DNA of 62,974 nucleotides, the filler included, from Myxococcota bacterium (GTDB lineage Bacteria; Myxococcota_C; UBA6777): the NCBI GenBank assembly GCA_023150835.1. It is 9 parts of 9 records of this genome, joined end to end, with 100 filler letters (N's around TTAATTAATTAA, not from the genome) between each part and the next. Parts side by side here need not be neighbours in the genome. Positions count along the whole stretch, not along the records: positions 38,027 to 48,318 come from JAKLKB010000041.1; positions 48,419 to 53,325 come from JAKLKB010000218.1; 7 more parts are not named here. One strand, written 5' to 3'. The translations under genes were made by a program, and so were the position numbers. The notes below the pieces were generated by a model. The model had not been told where the DNA came from. It did not search any database and saw nothing but the letters and a program-made list of their open reading frames with translations. This document shows positions 40,710 to 53,000 of the stretch, piece by piece. The stretch's first letter is position 1; each line of letters starts with the position of its first letter.

Positions 40710-42118
40710 GGGGCGCTCCGTGTCGAGAGAGAAGAAGAAAAAGAGTGACTATCGAAGAGCAGACGAGCGTTGGGAGCAGGGATGGGCGGAGGTGCGGGCG
40801 GATCGGGCTTGTAGGTTGCGCGTTGGACAAGATACCAGATCAAGCCGGCTCCCCCGATGGCGGCAGCGGCCCCGACAACGATCCACCCGACCACGACTTG
40901 TGTTTCGAGGTTGCCGAGGCGTTGTTGGAGTTGGGCAGCGGAGAGGCCGCTTTTGGTGGCGAGGATCTGTTCTTCGGGGGTGCGCTGGTCCGCATCTTTG
41001 CGCAAAGCCTCGATGGTTTGGCCGACATCGGAGATCTGCCCATAGCCCAGCCCCATCGCGATCCCTCCGCCGATCAACGCCGCTCCACCAATGCCCATGA
41101 GGATGGCAGGCCCCACCACAGAAGGCGGTGGATTGGGCTTTTTGGGCGGTTGTTTTCGAGCCATCGCGATCTTCTTTTCTTCGCGTTTTTTGGGCGGCTT
41201 GACAACCGCTTGTGTGGTGGGCGGATCGCCCCTTCGAGGCGGAGGTTCGGGTTCGGTGCGCTTCGGAGGTTCAGGTTCGGTGCGCTTCGGAGGTTCAGGT
41301 TCGGTGCGTTTCGGAGGTTCGATAGGTTGCGAAACATCGCGTGCTTCGGGTTCTTTGGGGGTGGGTTCTTTGGGGGTGGGTTCTTTGGGAGCGGAAGCAC
41401 CGTCCGAAGGCAGAGCAGCGAGGCGAGTTCTGCGGGTGCGCGGCTTTTTGCGAGGGGTGCGAGCGGTTCGTTGTTCTCGCTGCATTTCGGAGGCTTCGTC
41501 GGCAGGGATCGGCAAGACCACCCGAAGGGGCGGCGCATCGGCTTTTTGTTCTTCTTCGACGGCGAGGGCATGGCGTCGGGTTTTTTGTTTTGCGGACTGG
41601 TAAAGCAGCGTGTACGGGCCCGGGCGAACGCGCCCGACCCACGGGGTGTAATGTACTTCGCGGAAGCGGTATCCTTGGATCACGACGCGGGTTCGGACAC
41701 CTTGGGGGGCGGCCACTTCGAGTTTCTTGTAGAGGATGGATTGTGCGATCTGTTCCATGCGTTGGCGGACTTGGGCGCAATGCCCTTCGCCGCTGCAAAG
41801 GCGCTCAGAGAGAAAACGCCGCAAAGCCCTAACAGCCCGCTCTTTTCGATAAGCGCGAACGGCCTGATCTTTTTCTTTTTGGGCGGCCCGATAATAGGCC
41901 AACGCGCTATTGCGAAGATGGTTTCCACGAATCGAACGCTGAAAAGGATCTTGGGCGGACGCAGGGATGCGATCTGCGGCGCGTTGAAAACAACGAGCCG
42001 CTTTCAAATCTTCGCCTTTGGCAGACCACTGAAAACAATTGGTTGAAGCCTGCACTCGGGCGGTCAAGCCCAAAAAAGCAGCCAACAAAAACCACAGGCA
42101 TCTTGATGGATGGGACAT
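40706..42118 (-). CDS. exported protein with Pro-rich linker and C-terminal hydrophobic segments
   Basis: Signal peptide ending VQA; EPPKRTEP and PKEPT repeats; two hydrophobic segments. Confidence 0.7.
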   Translation of the reverse strand: MSHPSRCLWFLLAAFLGLTARVQASTNCFQWSAKGEDLKAARCFQRAADRIPASAQDPFQRSIRGNHLRNSALAYYRAAQKEKDQAVRAYRKERAVRALRRFLSERLCSGEGHCAQVRQRMEQIAQSILYKKLEVAAPQGVRTRVVIQGYRFREVHYTPWVGRVRPGPYTLLYQSAKQKTRRHALAVEEEQKADAPPLRVVLPIPADEASEMQREQRTARTPRKKPRTRRTRLAALPSDGASAPKEPTPKEPTPKEPEARDVSQPIEPPKRTEPEPPKRTEPEPPKRTEPEPPPRRGDPPTTQAVVKPPKKREEKKIAMARKQPPKKPNPPPSVVGPAILMGIGGAALIGGGIAMGLGYGQISDVGQTIEALRKDADQRTPEEQILATKSGLSAAQLQQRLGNLETQVVVGWIVVGAAAAIGGAGLIWYLVQRATYKPDPPAPPPIPAPNARLLFDSHSFSSSLSTRSAP

Positions 42119-42391
42119 GATGAAGCCCTCGTCTTCCACAGGAAACCAACCGCCGCAACCAAGACGTACACGGCAGGTCGATGTCCAAACTTGAAGGTGT
42201 ACACAAATGTGCCATACTCGATCCAACGATGCAAAATCCTCCGTTTGGAGCGTCTAATACGAGATCCGCTCGTTGTGTTACCGTAAAAACGTAGGGGCAT
42301 CCCCCTGTGGCTGCCCAAGAATCGGGCGTCTACAAATGATGCTTTGTGTACACCTCTCACGGATATCGTTTAAAGCCCAACGCTCCCAAGA

Positions 42392-45300
42392 CTACGGCAT
42401 CACAAGCCAAACAAACATCCCGTTGTTCGTGGCGGTACGAGTCTTTGAAGCAAAGGTGGCTTGTTGAAGAAAAGTCCCGACGACATGAAAGCGTGTTCCC
42501 CATGTGGTGGAATGGATACCGTATCCGATATCATCGTTGGGACCACCCGCTCTTTCCGCCCAAACCAAGCGCCCGTCCGATTCAAGCACCGCAAAATAGA
42601 TATCGCGGCCACCTTGTGAGATCAGCGAAACCTCATCCAACGACCATGTACCTGCAAAGTCGCCCACCAAATAAACGCGACCGTTGTTGTCCTTGCTGAT
42701 GCCTCGGATCGCATCGTTGTCTGTCGAACCAAAGCGCTTGGCCCAGATCAAGTTTCCGTTGCTGTCGAACTTTGCAAGAAAAGCATCCGTTCCACCGATC
42801 GCTGTAAGGGTTGTGTTTTCGATCGTGATCGTTCCAGAAAAAGTACCCGAAGTATACACAAAGTTTCCGTCCACCAACACGGGCCCCATCGTGACAGCGT
42901 TGGGACTATGCAGACCTTTGGCCCATTGAAAAACGCCCGCGTCCGTCAAACTGACCAGCGCACCGTCCCAATCGCCCAAGGATGTTAAGCTAGTGGTGCC
43001 AAAGACGCCCGTCGATTTGAACATCACGCTGACATACACACGCCCTGCACCTACGCCCACACCACCGACTTGGTCGTCGTCTGCCAACGTTCCAAACGTG
43101 CGCAACCACAAGCAGGTTCCGTTGTTATCATGGCGAACCACATAAGCTTCGGTATTCGAGTCCGCAAACGTGTGACCACACAACGTCGACGGGCCTGCCA
43201 TCCAACCGACCGCGTAATTGTCCGTAGCATCGGCGGTCATAAAATAGCCCCACTCGTATTTCGTTCCACTAATAGGACTCACCCACGCCCCAACGCCTGT
43301 GGTATGGTTCAACCGCAGGACATAAGCATCGTACGCTCCGCTCGGTGTGAGCGTGGTGGGCGTGGCTGTGGGGAAAGTTGCTGTCGTAGAGGGTCGGCCA
43401 AAATAACCCGTCAGATACAAGTTTCCTGTCGCATCCATCGCGATACCGTTAGCGCGATCTTCGGCGGCCCCTCCCGCGCTCACCGCCCAAGACACTACGC
43501 CTGTTGGGCCGATCCGCGCCCCAAAGATATCGTCTTGACCTGCGGAGGTCAGGATCGTACTTCCAAACGTCGCTGTACCCGTGTAATAACCGCCGATCTT
43601 GAGCTCTCCTTGGGGGTCCATAAACACGCCTCGCGGGATCAACGTTCCTGTCGAAGAAAATGACGAGATCGCCCCACAGCCCGATGTACAGTCCTTGCAC
43701 ACACCAAAACTACACGACTGTCCTGTGGAACACTCGCTACTGGTGCGACAATCCACGCAAGCTCCGACACGGCAGACCTTCCCTGTCGCACAGGCATTCC
43801 CACAAGCCCCACAATGCGCAAGATTCGATTGCAGATTCGCGCAAACGCTGCTGCATTGGGTCTCTCCCGCTTGGCATGCCAGTCGACATACACCCGAAAC
43901 ACACGCATACGAAGCAGGGCAGATCGTCCCGCAGGCTCCGCAGTTTTGCGGATCGCTTTGTGTGTTGGTGCATCCTGTCGGACAAAGGTTCGGAACGTTC
44001 GGCAAACACGCACACGCCCCACTCGAACAATACGCTCCTGCACCACAAGGGGCCGAACAGCCCCCGCAATGAGAGGCGTCTGTTTGCGTATCCACGCACA
44101 AGGCTCCGCACAGCGCACGACCACTCCCACACGTTGCTGAGCAAGTCCCTCCCGAGCAAACTTGACCCGTCGCACACACCGTCCCACAGCTTCCACAATG
44201 CGCGGGTGAATAAGTCTTGTCGACACACAGCCCGCTGCATTCGGACAATCCCGCTGCACAAACACAAGACCCCGCAACACAGATCTTGCTCGCGCCACAG
44301 ACCTGCCCACAACCCCCGCAATGATCTCGGTTATTTTGCAAGTTGACGCACGTCCCACCGCACGGCGTTTGGCCTGTCGGACAAGCCAACACACAAGAAC
44401 CCGCCGAACACAGTTGCCCCATCGTACAAGTATTCGCACACGCACCGCAATGTTGGCGATCCGTCGCCGTGTCCACGCAGATCCCGAAACAACCCGTCAA
44501 ACCGCTCGGACACGCACACGCCCCCCCAGAACAGACCATCCCGCCCGTACAGGCGATACCACAGCTTCCGCAGTTTTTGTTGTCGGTCTGATACGAAACG
44601 CAAGCTCCGTTGCACTCGGACTGACCCACAGGACAGGATACCGCACACACACCCCCTACACACAAAGACCCGACAGCACAAGCGTTGTTGCATCCCCCAC
44701 AATGCGCACGCCGCAACATCGTATCCACACAAGTTCCCCCGCATTTGGTGAATGTTCCCGAACAGCCGCACGATCCAGCCACACACACCTCTCCACCCGC
44801 GCAAACCACGCCGCATCCGCCGCAATGGTTGTCATCGCTTTGCAAGCTGACACACGCCCCGCCGCAATCGCTCTGACCGCTCGTGCAGGCCGTCACACAC
44901 GAACCACTCGAACACACTTTCCCGCTCGCACATCCCTGACCGCACGCCCCACAATGCGCCCGATTCGCAGTGGTATCCACACACGCTCCCCCACAATCCG
45001 TCAAACCGCCCGAACACGCGCATACGCCCGAAACGCACGTCTTTCCGTTCAAGCAGCGCGCTCCGCACGCCCCACAATGAAAGTCATCGCTTTGCAGATC
45101 AAAACACGCTCCGCTGCACTCGCCTTGACCCGTCGGACAGGACAACACACACAAGCTGTTGGCGCATACTTGGCCTTTTGCGCACGACGTCCCGCACACC
45201 CCGCAATGCGCTCGATCCGCCGTCAAGTTCACGCAAACCCCGCTACAATCCGTCCAACCGCTCGGACAGGCACACGCTCCCCCCACACAGGCCTTTCCAC

Positions 45301-46417
45301 CCGAACAAGCCACACCACAGGCCCCACAATGCAGATTGTTGGTTTGTCGATCGACGCAAACGCCCGAACATTCGTTCTGTCCCGTTGGGCAAGACACCGC
45401 ACATACACCACCGTTGCAGATCTCTCCTTTGTTGCAGGCTTTCCCACAAGCCCCACAGTTCGCCCGATCCGACTGGAGTTTTGTACAAAGCGTCCCGCAC
45501 TTGTCCACTCCTTCCGGGCAAACAAAGTCGCAGATCCCCATGTTGCAGACTTCTCCTTGCGCACAGGCTTTTCCGCACGCTCCACAATGAAAACGATCTT
45601 TTTGCAGATCCACACACGCCCCTCCGCACGCCGACAAACGGCTCGCGCAAGCCACTTTGCACGCCCCTGTCGAACAAAGCTGACCGCTCGGGCAGGCCGT
45701 CCCACACGCCCCGCAGTGCGCGTTGTCCGTCTGTGTGTCCACGCATCTCCCCGCGCACTCCGTCAATCCGCTCTGGCAAGTGAGCTGGCATTGCGCATTC
45801 GAACAAACCAACCCGTTCGCACAAGCCGCTTTGCATGCCCCACAATGCGCTCGATCGGTCTTGAGGTTCACGCACACGCCCTCACAAGGCGTCGTCCCTG
45901 CTTGGCACGAAACCTGACAAACCCCTTGTGAACACACCTTTCCGCTTTCACAGATCGTCCCACACGATCCGCAATTTCGGATATCCGTTTGCAGATCCAC
46001 GCACACGCCCGAACAATCGTTGCGTCCTACCTGACACGACAGCTTGCACGCGCCATCCACACACGCTTCTTCGGGCTTACAAGATCTCCCACAAGCCCCG
46101 CAGTTCGCCACATCCTTCTTGAGATTTTTGCACACTTCGCCACATAAAGCTTCGGGTTCAACGCAGTTCAGCAAGCAACGACCGCTCTTACAGCGCTTTC
46201 CCTCTCCACACGGGCGACCACACGCGCCGCAGTGCTCGACGCTCGAAAAGGTGTCCACACAAACACCGCCACATTCCAACAGCGTACCCTCACAACGCGA
46301 TGTCTTGGGCGGATCACAACCCAACACGCCTTGCAACAACAACCCACTCACCAACACGCAAAGGTACAAAGACACCCCACTTCTCGGAGGCTTCGCTTGT
46401 TTGATTCGAAGGTGCAT
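42392..46417 (-). CDS. large Cys-rich repeat (MXAN_6577/Stig1-like) surface protein with C-terminal SBBP-like propeller
   Basis: About 20 units of CxGxCVDLQxDxxHCGACGxACxxGxxCxxGxC; VLGC lipobox-like; WAKRFG / DIFVW repeats. Confidence 0.88.
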   Translation of the reverse strand: MHLRIKQAKPPRSGVSLYLCVLVSGLLLQGVLGCDPPKTSRCEGTLLECGGVCVDTFSSVEHCGACGRPCGEGKRCKSGRCLLNCVEPEALCGEVCKNLKKDVANCGACGRSCKPEEACVDGACKLSCQVGRNDCSGVCVDLQTDIRNCGSCGTICESGKVCSQGVCQVSCQAGTTPCEGVCVNLKTDRAHCGACKAACANGLVCSNAQCQLTCQSGLTECAGRCVDTQTDNAHCGACGTACPSGQLCSTGACKVACASRLSACGGACVDLQKDRFHCGACGKACAQGEVCNMGICDFVCPEGVDKCGTLCTKLQSDRANCGACGKACNKGEICNGGVCAVSCPTGQNECSGVCVDRQTNNLHCGACGVACSGGKACVGGACACPSGWTDCSGVCVNLTADRAHCGVCGTSCAKGQVCANSLCVLSCPTGQGECSGACFDLQSDDFHCGACGARCLNGKTCVSGVCACSGGLTDCGGACVDTTANRAHCGACGQGCASGKVCSSGSCVTACTSGQSDCGGACVSLQSDDNHCGGCGVVCAGGEVCVAGSCGCSGTFTKCGGTCVDTMLRRAHCGGCNNACAVGSLCVGGVCAVSCPVGQSECNGACVSYQTDNKNCGSCGIACTGGMVCSGGACACPSGLTGCFGICVDTATDRQHCGACANTCTMGQLCSAGSCVLACPTGQTPCGGTCVNLQNNRDHCGGCGQVCGASKICVAGSCVCAAGLSECSGLCVDKTYSPAHCGSCGTVCATGQVCSGGTCSATCGSGRALCGALCVDTQTDASHCGGCSAPCGAGAYCSSGACACLPNVPNLCPTGCTNTQSDPQNCGACGTICPASYACVSGVCRLACQAGETQCSSVCANLQSNLAHCGACGNACATGKVCRVGACVDCRTSSECSTGQSCSFGVCKDCTSGCGAISSFSSTGTLIPRGVFMDPQGELKIGGYYTGTATFGSTILTSAGQDDIFGARIGPTGVVSWAVSAGGAAEDRANGIAMDATGNLYLTGYFGRPSTTATFPTATPTTLTPSGAYDAYVLRLNHTTGVGAWVSPISGTKYEWGYFMTADATDNYAVGWMAGPSTLCGHTFADSNTEAYVVRHDNNGTCLWLRTFGTLADDDQVGGVGVGAGRVYVSVMFKSTGVFGTTSLTSLGDWDGALVSLTDAGVFQWAKGLHSPNAVTMGPVLVDGNFVYTSGTFSGTITIENTTLTAIGGTDAFLAKFDSNGNLIWAKRFGSTDNDAIRGISKDNNGRVYLVGDFAGTWSLDEVSLISQGGRDIYFAVLESDGRLVWAERAGGPNDDIGYGIHSTTWGTRFHVVGTFLQQATFASKTRTATNNGMFVWLVMP

Positions 46418-46494
46418 ATTCAAGTCCTTTACCACTGTACTTCTTTTGAAGAGTGAATCCTGCGCTGTGTGAAGTTTCCCAAGCATCGGTCTCT

Positions 46495-48318
46495 CTAAGG
46501 CCCAAGACGCCAAACAAAGATATCCGTGTTTCCGTTGGACGTACAACTCAAGCTTTCAAATGTGCTCGTGTTATTGAAATATCCCGACACAACAGGCGTG
46601 TTCGTGCTATCATAGATCACTGAACCCACCCGATCGTTTCCGGTTCCACCCGAAAGACGCGCACGAATCGCAGTACCAAGGCTATCGTACTCCACAAGAA
46701 ACACATCCTCCGCCCCCTTCGACGTCAGCGAAAAAGAGCCGAACGTCCCACCTCCAACAACATACCCTCCAACAGCCACCCGGTCTGTGCTGCTGACCGC
46801 GATCCCTGTCCCTTCGTCGTCGCCTGTTCCTCCGCCAGAACGCGCCCACAGGATGGTTCCGCTGCTACTTAATTTCACAACGAACATATCCAGCCCTCCA
46901 GCCGATGTAAGCGTGCTTGGACCGTAGGTCGGAGTTCCTGAAAAAGTACCCGCAACATAGGCTTCGTTGTTGCTGTTGACGGCGACACGCTTGGCGTAAT
47001 CCCGCGCCACGCCACCGATCCGCGTGGCCCATAGATGATTCCCGTTCTGATCCATCTTAAACACCATGCCGTCCGCCCCCCCCGCAGAAGTCAACGTGGT
47101 GGAGCCGATCGTCAGCGGAGAATAGAAATGCCCTACCGCATAGAGACCGTCATCTTTGTCCACCGCCAAAGACTCGACGTAATCGGAACTTGCACTGCCT
47201 ATCGATTTGGCCCAGACAAAAGCACCTGTGCTTTGGCTCAAGCGCGTGACGTAGATATCGTTCCCTCCGACAGGCGTCAGAGTTGTCACCCCAAGCGTCA
47301 TCGACGCGGTATACTCACCCAAAACATACACCTGCGAAGAACCTACACGCACAGACATCGGGTGGCTGCTTGATGTCCCGATCTGTGTCGCCCACAAAAA
47401 ACTCCCGTTTGGATCGAGCTTTGCCACAAAACCACCCAAACCAAGGCTCGATGAACCGAGCGTCGCCGCTCCCCCTAGATTGCCCGCCACGTACAAATTC
47501 CCTCCCGCATCTCGCGCTAGGCTCGGAACTGTATCACCCGATGCGCTGCCCCCTCGCACAGCCCACACTGCGGTTCCCGACGCATTGAATTTCGCCACAA
47601 AAAAATCGGCCCCCCCCAGCGAATTCAGCGTGAAACTCCCGATCTGTATGCTCCCTGAAAAAACACCCGAAAGATAAAGATTCCCCGCAGAGTCCGAAGC
47701 CAACCGCCCCGAACTATCCGCCAACGTCCCCCCCACACAGAGCACGCTTGTGGGCAACGGCGGAACATAGCGCCACACAAAGATGTCCTCGAATCCTCCA
47801 CTTGAGAGCGTGGTTCCACCAAAGGTCGCCGAACCCGTAAACGCACCGACGATCACCACCCGTCCATCGGCATCCAACGCGAGATCCATTCCGATATCGC
47901 TCGTGGCTCCGCCCCCTGATACCGCGTGGGTCACTGTCCCCGCCGTGTTAAAGATCACCCCGTACACGTCCGACGCACCCGCCGAAGTCAACGTCCCACC
48001 CGCCAACGTCACCGAACCTTGGAAATGTCCTGCCGTGTAAATTTGACCTGCCCCCCCAAAACGGATCGCGCTTGCGGTGTCATTGCCCGTTCCACCCGCT
48101 CTCTTGGCCCACAACACATCTCCCCCCACATCCAAGCGCAACACAAACACATCCGACCCTCCCGCCGAAGTCAACGTGGCCGCCGCAAAGTTGACCGTCC
48201 CCCAAAATGTCCCTTGCACATAACTCGACCCTCCGCTTTCTACCGCCACCCCCCCGCTTCCTTCCGCCCCTGCACTCCCCCCAAAACGCAACGCCCAAGA
48301 CAGCACACCCGCGCTGTT
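46495..48318 (-). CDS. SBBP-like beta-propeller repeat protein, 5'-truncated
   Basis: Repeated TLTSAGGxDxFVxKL...WAxRxGG units; frame open to the gap. Confidence 0.85.
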   Translation of the reverse strand, partial: NSAGVLSWALRFGGSAGAEGSGGVAVESGGSSYVQGTFWGTVNFAAATLTSAGGSDVFVLRLDVGGDVLWAKRAGGTGNDTASAIRFGGAGQIYTAGHFQGSVTLAGGTLTSAGASDVYGVIFNTAGTVTHAVSGGGATSDIGMDLALDADGRVVIVGAFTGSATFGGTTLSSGGFEDIFVWRYVPPLPTSVLCVGGTLADSSGRLASDSAGNLYLSGVFSGSIQIGSFTLNSLGGADFFVAKFNASGTAVWAVRGGSASGDTVPSLARDAGGNLYVAGNLGGAATLGSSSLGLGGFVAKLDPNGSFLWATQIGTSSSHPMSVRVGSSQVYVLGEYTASMTLGVTTLTPVGGNDIYVTRLSQSTGAFVWAKSIGSASSDYVESLAVDKDDGLYAVGHFYSPLTIGSTTLTSAGGADGMVFKMDQNGNHLWATRIGGVARDYAKRVAVNSNNEAYVAGTFSGTPTYGPSTLTSAGGLDMFVVKLSSSGTILWARSGGGTGDDEGTGIAVSSTDRVAVGGYVVGGGTFGSFSLTSKGAEDVFLVEYDSLGTAIRARLSGGTGNDRVGSVIYDSTNTPVVSGYFNNTSTFESLSCTSNGNTDIFVWRLGP

Positions 48319-48553
48319 NNNNNNNNNNNNNNNNNNNNNNNNNNNNNNNNNNNNNNNNNNNNTTAATTAATTAANNNNNNNNNNNNNNNNNNNNNNNNNN
48401 NNNNNNNNNNNNNNNNNNAAACCCTCACCACTTCCGTCAATGTCAAGAAGGCCACCACTCGGCTGGCCGCACGAACCACCACCCTCACAACACAAAGAAA
48501 GGGCGGCGCTTCCTCCCCCCTCTAAAGAAGGGGGTCTCCGCGCCTTAAAAACG

Positions 48554-49711
48554 ATGAACAAGAATTTTCTCTTTACCTCCGAATCCGTCACCGAAGGCCA
48601 CCCCGACAAGATGGCGGATCAGATCTCTGATGCAGTCCTTGATGCCTGCCTCAAAGACGATCCCCGCAGCCGCGTTGCAAGCGAAACTCTCCTCAACACC
48701 GGCCTGATCGTGATCGCAGGTGAGATCACCACCAAAGCCGTCCTCGACTTCCAAGAGATCGCACGCAACGCCGTCAAAAAAATCGGCTACGATCACACCG
48801 ACAAAGGCTTTGATTACCAAACTTGCGCTGTCCTCGTCTCGATGGACAAACAAAGCCCCGATATCGCCCAAGGTGTCGACGAAGGCGCGGGCCTCCATAA
48901 AGAACAAGGCGCTGGTGACCAAGGCATGATGTTCGGCTACGCTTGCGACGAAACCGACGTCCTCATGCCTATGCCCATCCACTTCTCCCACCGCCTCACC
49001 GAACAACTCGCCGCTGTCCGTAAAAACGGAACCCTTCCCTTCCTCCGACCTGACGGAAAGTCCCAAGTCACCGTCCGCTACGAAAACGGTAAACCCAAAG
49101 AAGTCACCGCCATCGTAGTCTCTTCTCAACACAGCCCCGACGTCAGCCACGAAACCATCCGCGAAAGCATCATCGAAGAAGTCGTCAAAAAAGTCATCCC
49201 CGCCAACCTGCTCTCCCCCAAGATCCTCTATCACATCAACCCCACAGGACGCTTTGTTGTCGGCGGCCCCATGGGCGATAGCGGACTCACAGGACGCAAG
49301 ATCATCGTCGATACTTACGGCGGCATGGGACGCCACGGTGGCGGCGCTTTCTCCGGAAAAGACCCCAGCAAAGTCGACCGCTCCGCCGCATACATGGCCC
49401 GATACATCGCCAAAAACATCGTTGCCGCTGGCCTCGCCTCCCGCTGCGAAGTTCAACTCGCCTACGCCATCGGCGTCGCTGAACCCGTCTCCATCATGGT
49501 CGATACCTTCGGCACCGGCTCCATCTCCGAAGAAAAACTCAGCCTCGTGATCCCCCAAATCTTCTCCACCAAACCCGCCGGTATCATCGAAAGCCTCGAT
49601 CTCCGACGCCCCATCTACAGCCCCACCTCCGCCTACGGTCACTTCGGTCGTACCGGCGAATCCTTCACTTGGGAAAAAACCGACAAGATCGACGCTCTCA
49701 AAGCCATCTAA
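48554..49711 (+). CDS. metK: S-adenosylmethionine synthetase
   Basis: [46 protein letters not shown]. Confidence 0.98.
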   Translation: MNKNFLFTSESVTEGHPDKMADQISDAVLDACLKDDPRSRVASETLLNTGLIVIAGEITTKAVLDFQEIARNAVKKIGYDHTDKGFDYQTCAVLVSMDKQSPDIAQGVDEGAGLHKEQGAGDQGMMFGYACDETDVLMPMPIHFSHRLTEQLAAVRKNGTLPFLRPDGKSQVTVRYENGKPKEVTAIVVSSQHSPDVSHETIRESIIEEVVKKVIPANLLSPKILYHINPTGRFVVGGPMGDSGLTGRKIIVDTYGGMGRHGGGAFSGKDPSKVDRSAAYMARYIAKNIVAAGLASRCEVQLAYAIGVAEPVSIMVDTFGTGSISEEKLSLVIPQIFSTKPAGIIESLDLRRPIYSPTSAYGHFGRTGESFTWEKTDKIDALKAI

Positions 49712-50082
49712 CCCGCTCCTCCCAACCCTCCTGATCCGCTCTTCCCCCTCCCTCTGATCTCCTCCACCCAAATTTCCCTTTGCCTTTAATACCGCTCTGT
49801 GTCTATAATGCCCTGCCTTGTGGCTTGCTTGGTCGCCGTCGACCTCCTTTCACAACATACGCCTCACCAAAAGAACAACATCGGGGTGAAAAAATTTTCC
49901 CACCCCGTCCGTCTTGAGGCGTCCTCTTGCCCAATCTGTGTCTGCCGAACTTGACTCGCGTTCCCAACCCGGCAACAAACGCCCGAAACGAACGCAACAA
50001 ACCTGCAACACAAACATCCGAACAGACGGCAGCCACACAAACCACTCAATACGCTGCCCCACATCCGATGGAGAAAAATGGA

Positions 50083-53000
50083 ATGTACAGTACCAAAAGA
50101 ATCGTTTTGATCTATATGGCTTTTTTTGCCTTGTTGATCGCTACCGCCTCCACCACCGCTTGTACCTGCGGTGAAGCCCCCTCCGCCGGCGTCGGTGAAC
50201 TCGCCACCAACCTCGACAACAACCAGATGATCTTCTCCAACATCCAAGTCGGACAACCCAGCACCAAAGAATTTCTCCTCTACAACAAAGGCCAAGTCGA
50301 CGTCCGTATCACCGAACTCGCCATCGATCGCGACCAAGGCAAGGTCTTCTCTATCATCAACAAACCTGAGATGCCCCTCACCCTCAAACCCGGCCTCAAC
50401 AACGCCGTCTCCGTCAAAGTCCAATTCCTCACCCAACAAACCGGCGACTTCTTCGCCCGCGTCAACATCTCCTCCGACGCAAATAACGTCGATGAAACCG
50501 GCTTTTTCGTCATCCGCCTCAATCACCAGATCCTCACCGCTGAACCTTTCTTTGATTGCGGAAAATCCCTCAACTTCGGCACCGTCCAAAAAGGCCAATC
50601 CAAAACCCTCGACTGCGCCATCTCCAACCGTGGCAACGCCGACCTCACCATCCGTGAAGTCGTATACGCCAAAGAAAAAGGCTCCGATGGTGACTTCAAG
50701 ATCCTTGAACCCAGTTTCCCCCTCACCATCAAACCCGAACAACCCGCTGTCACCTTCAAGATCGCCTACAACCCCTCCGATTATCCCCCCGCCGAAGACC
50801 AAGGCGAATTCAAACTCTTTACCAACATCTCCACCGAAAACGACGCCAACCGCAGCGGGATCAAAGTCGTCGGTGTCACCGCCGTCCCACTCGTCCAACT
50901 CGTCCCTTACTACGGCGATTGCCAAGACGACAACACCTGCCGCCGCATCGACAACAGCCTGACCTGCCAAGATGACGCCTTCAGCGGCAAAAAACTCTGC
51001 CTGCCCTCCACCCAAGGCAGCACTCCCACCTTGCTCTTCCCCCTCACCTCCAAAGGCAAAACCACCACCCGTCGATTCCTCATCCGCTCCAACGGCGACC
51101 TTGCCCTCGAAGTCAACAAAGTCGAACTCGACAGCAACAGCAGCCTTGACTTCCGCGTCGACGGCTCTTCCATCACCACACCCCTCAAGATCGAACCCAA
51201 ACAAGAAAAACTGGTCACCGTCGAATACACACCCTCCGATGATGTCGCTGACAGCGGCCTCGTCAAAGTCGAAAGCAACGCAGGAAACCTCGCCAGCGCA
51301 CCCATCCAACTCCAAGCCTCTTCTCGCGGATGCAACCTCGAAGTCAACCCCGACCCCAAACTCGGTATCAAGTTCACCGGACCCCGCTCCCAACGCATCA
51401 CCATCTACAACATCGGCAACGAAGGCTGTGTCATCGACAAGATCGCCCTCGAAAAAGGCGCTCCCTACTCCCTCATCCCCACACAGCCCGATGGCCAAGC
51501 CATCGCTCCCAACGGCTTGATCGAGTTCTTGCTCCGCTTCGATGCCAAAGACAAAAATGCCTACCCCGATAACCTCGTCATCACCAGCAGCGACCCCGAC
51601 GAACCCACCATCAAACTCCCCCTCAACGGCCAAATCGCCGGCAAATTCGAATGCGAACTCGAAGCCACTCCTTCGCAGCTTCAATTCCCCCTCACTCCCG
51701 TCGGTCGCAGCCGCCGACTCTCCGTCCAGATCTCCAACAAAAAAGGGTACGGCGACTGCATCATCGAACAAGCCAAACCCATCGTGATCAAAGGCACCAA
51801 CCCCGCCAACCACACCGCCTTTACCCTCGATACGCAACTCACCTATCCCATCGTCATCCCCTCGGGCGAAAGCCGCCGACTCGATATCAACTACACTCCC
51901 CCTCAAAGCGTCCCGGGATACCAAGGCGAACTCCAAATCCCCAGCAACGACGGCCAAAATCCACTCTTCAAGATCGCCCTCAACGGCGCTTCTGGCAACC
52001 TCTGCCTCGAAGTCGTCCCCCCGCAAATGGACTTCGGTTCCTCCAAAGTCGGATGCGCCACTCCTGATCGCGACATCAATATCTTTAACCTCGGTGCATC
52101 GGGCTGTAGCACCAGCATCACCGTCAGCAAAGTCGCCCTCGGACAAGGCACCTCTAGCGAGTTCCAACTGCGCAGCGTCCCCACACTCCCCAAAACCCTC
52201 GCCTCTGGCGACAACATCGTCATCAAAGCACGCTACAAACCTACCGACCTCGACGTCGACTTCGGTACCCTCGAAGTCGAAAACAACGTCCAAGGACAAT
52301 CCCCCCTCTCTATCCCTCTCGCCGGCGAAGGCGTCAACACCTCCGATCAAAAAGACGTGTTCAGCCAACTCCGTCAACCCAAAGCCGATATCCTCGTCGT
52401 CATCGACGACTCCTGCTCCATGTACGAAGAACAAACCAACTTGACCGCCAACTTCCAATCCTTCATCGCATGGGCCGTCCGCCTCAACGTCGACTACCAG
52501 ATCCTCGTCACCACCACAGACACCACCGGCCAAGCCCAATGGACCCCCATCAAGTGCAACCGCCCCACCGGCATCCCCGGCTGCGCTTGCCTTGGCACAG
52601 GCTCTCCCACCCGCATCATCACACAATCCACCCCCAACCCCGAAGCCGCCTTCACCGCAAACGCCAGCGTCGGTACCACTGGCGACGCCTCCGAAAAAGG
52701 CCTCGAAGCCGCTTACAAAGCACTCACTCCCCCCGCTACCACCAACGCAAACTGCAACAAAGACTTCTATCGCCCTGAAGCCTCCCTCTCCATCATCATC
52801 GTCTCCGACGAAAAAGATTACTCCCCTCAACCCGTCAACTTCTATGTCACCTTCTTCAAAAACCTCAAAGGCTTCCGCAACCTCGACTTGATCCGCCTTT
52901 CCTCCATCGTCGGACCCGCACCCAGCGGCTGCCGAAACCCCGCCACAGGAAACGCTGACTACGCCCCCCGCTACATCGAAGCCGCAAAACAACTCGGCGG

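Noticed and set aside
48419-48553. SAM riboswitch before metK, and lysine riboswitch before lysA
   Set aside because: No recognisable consensus in the available upstream sequence.
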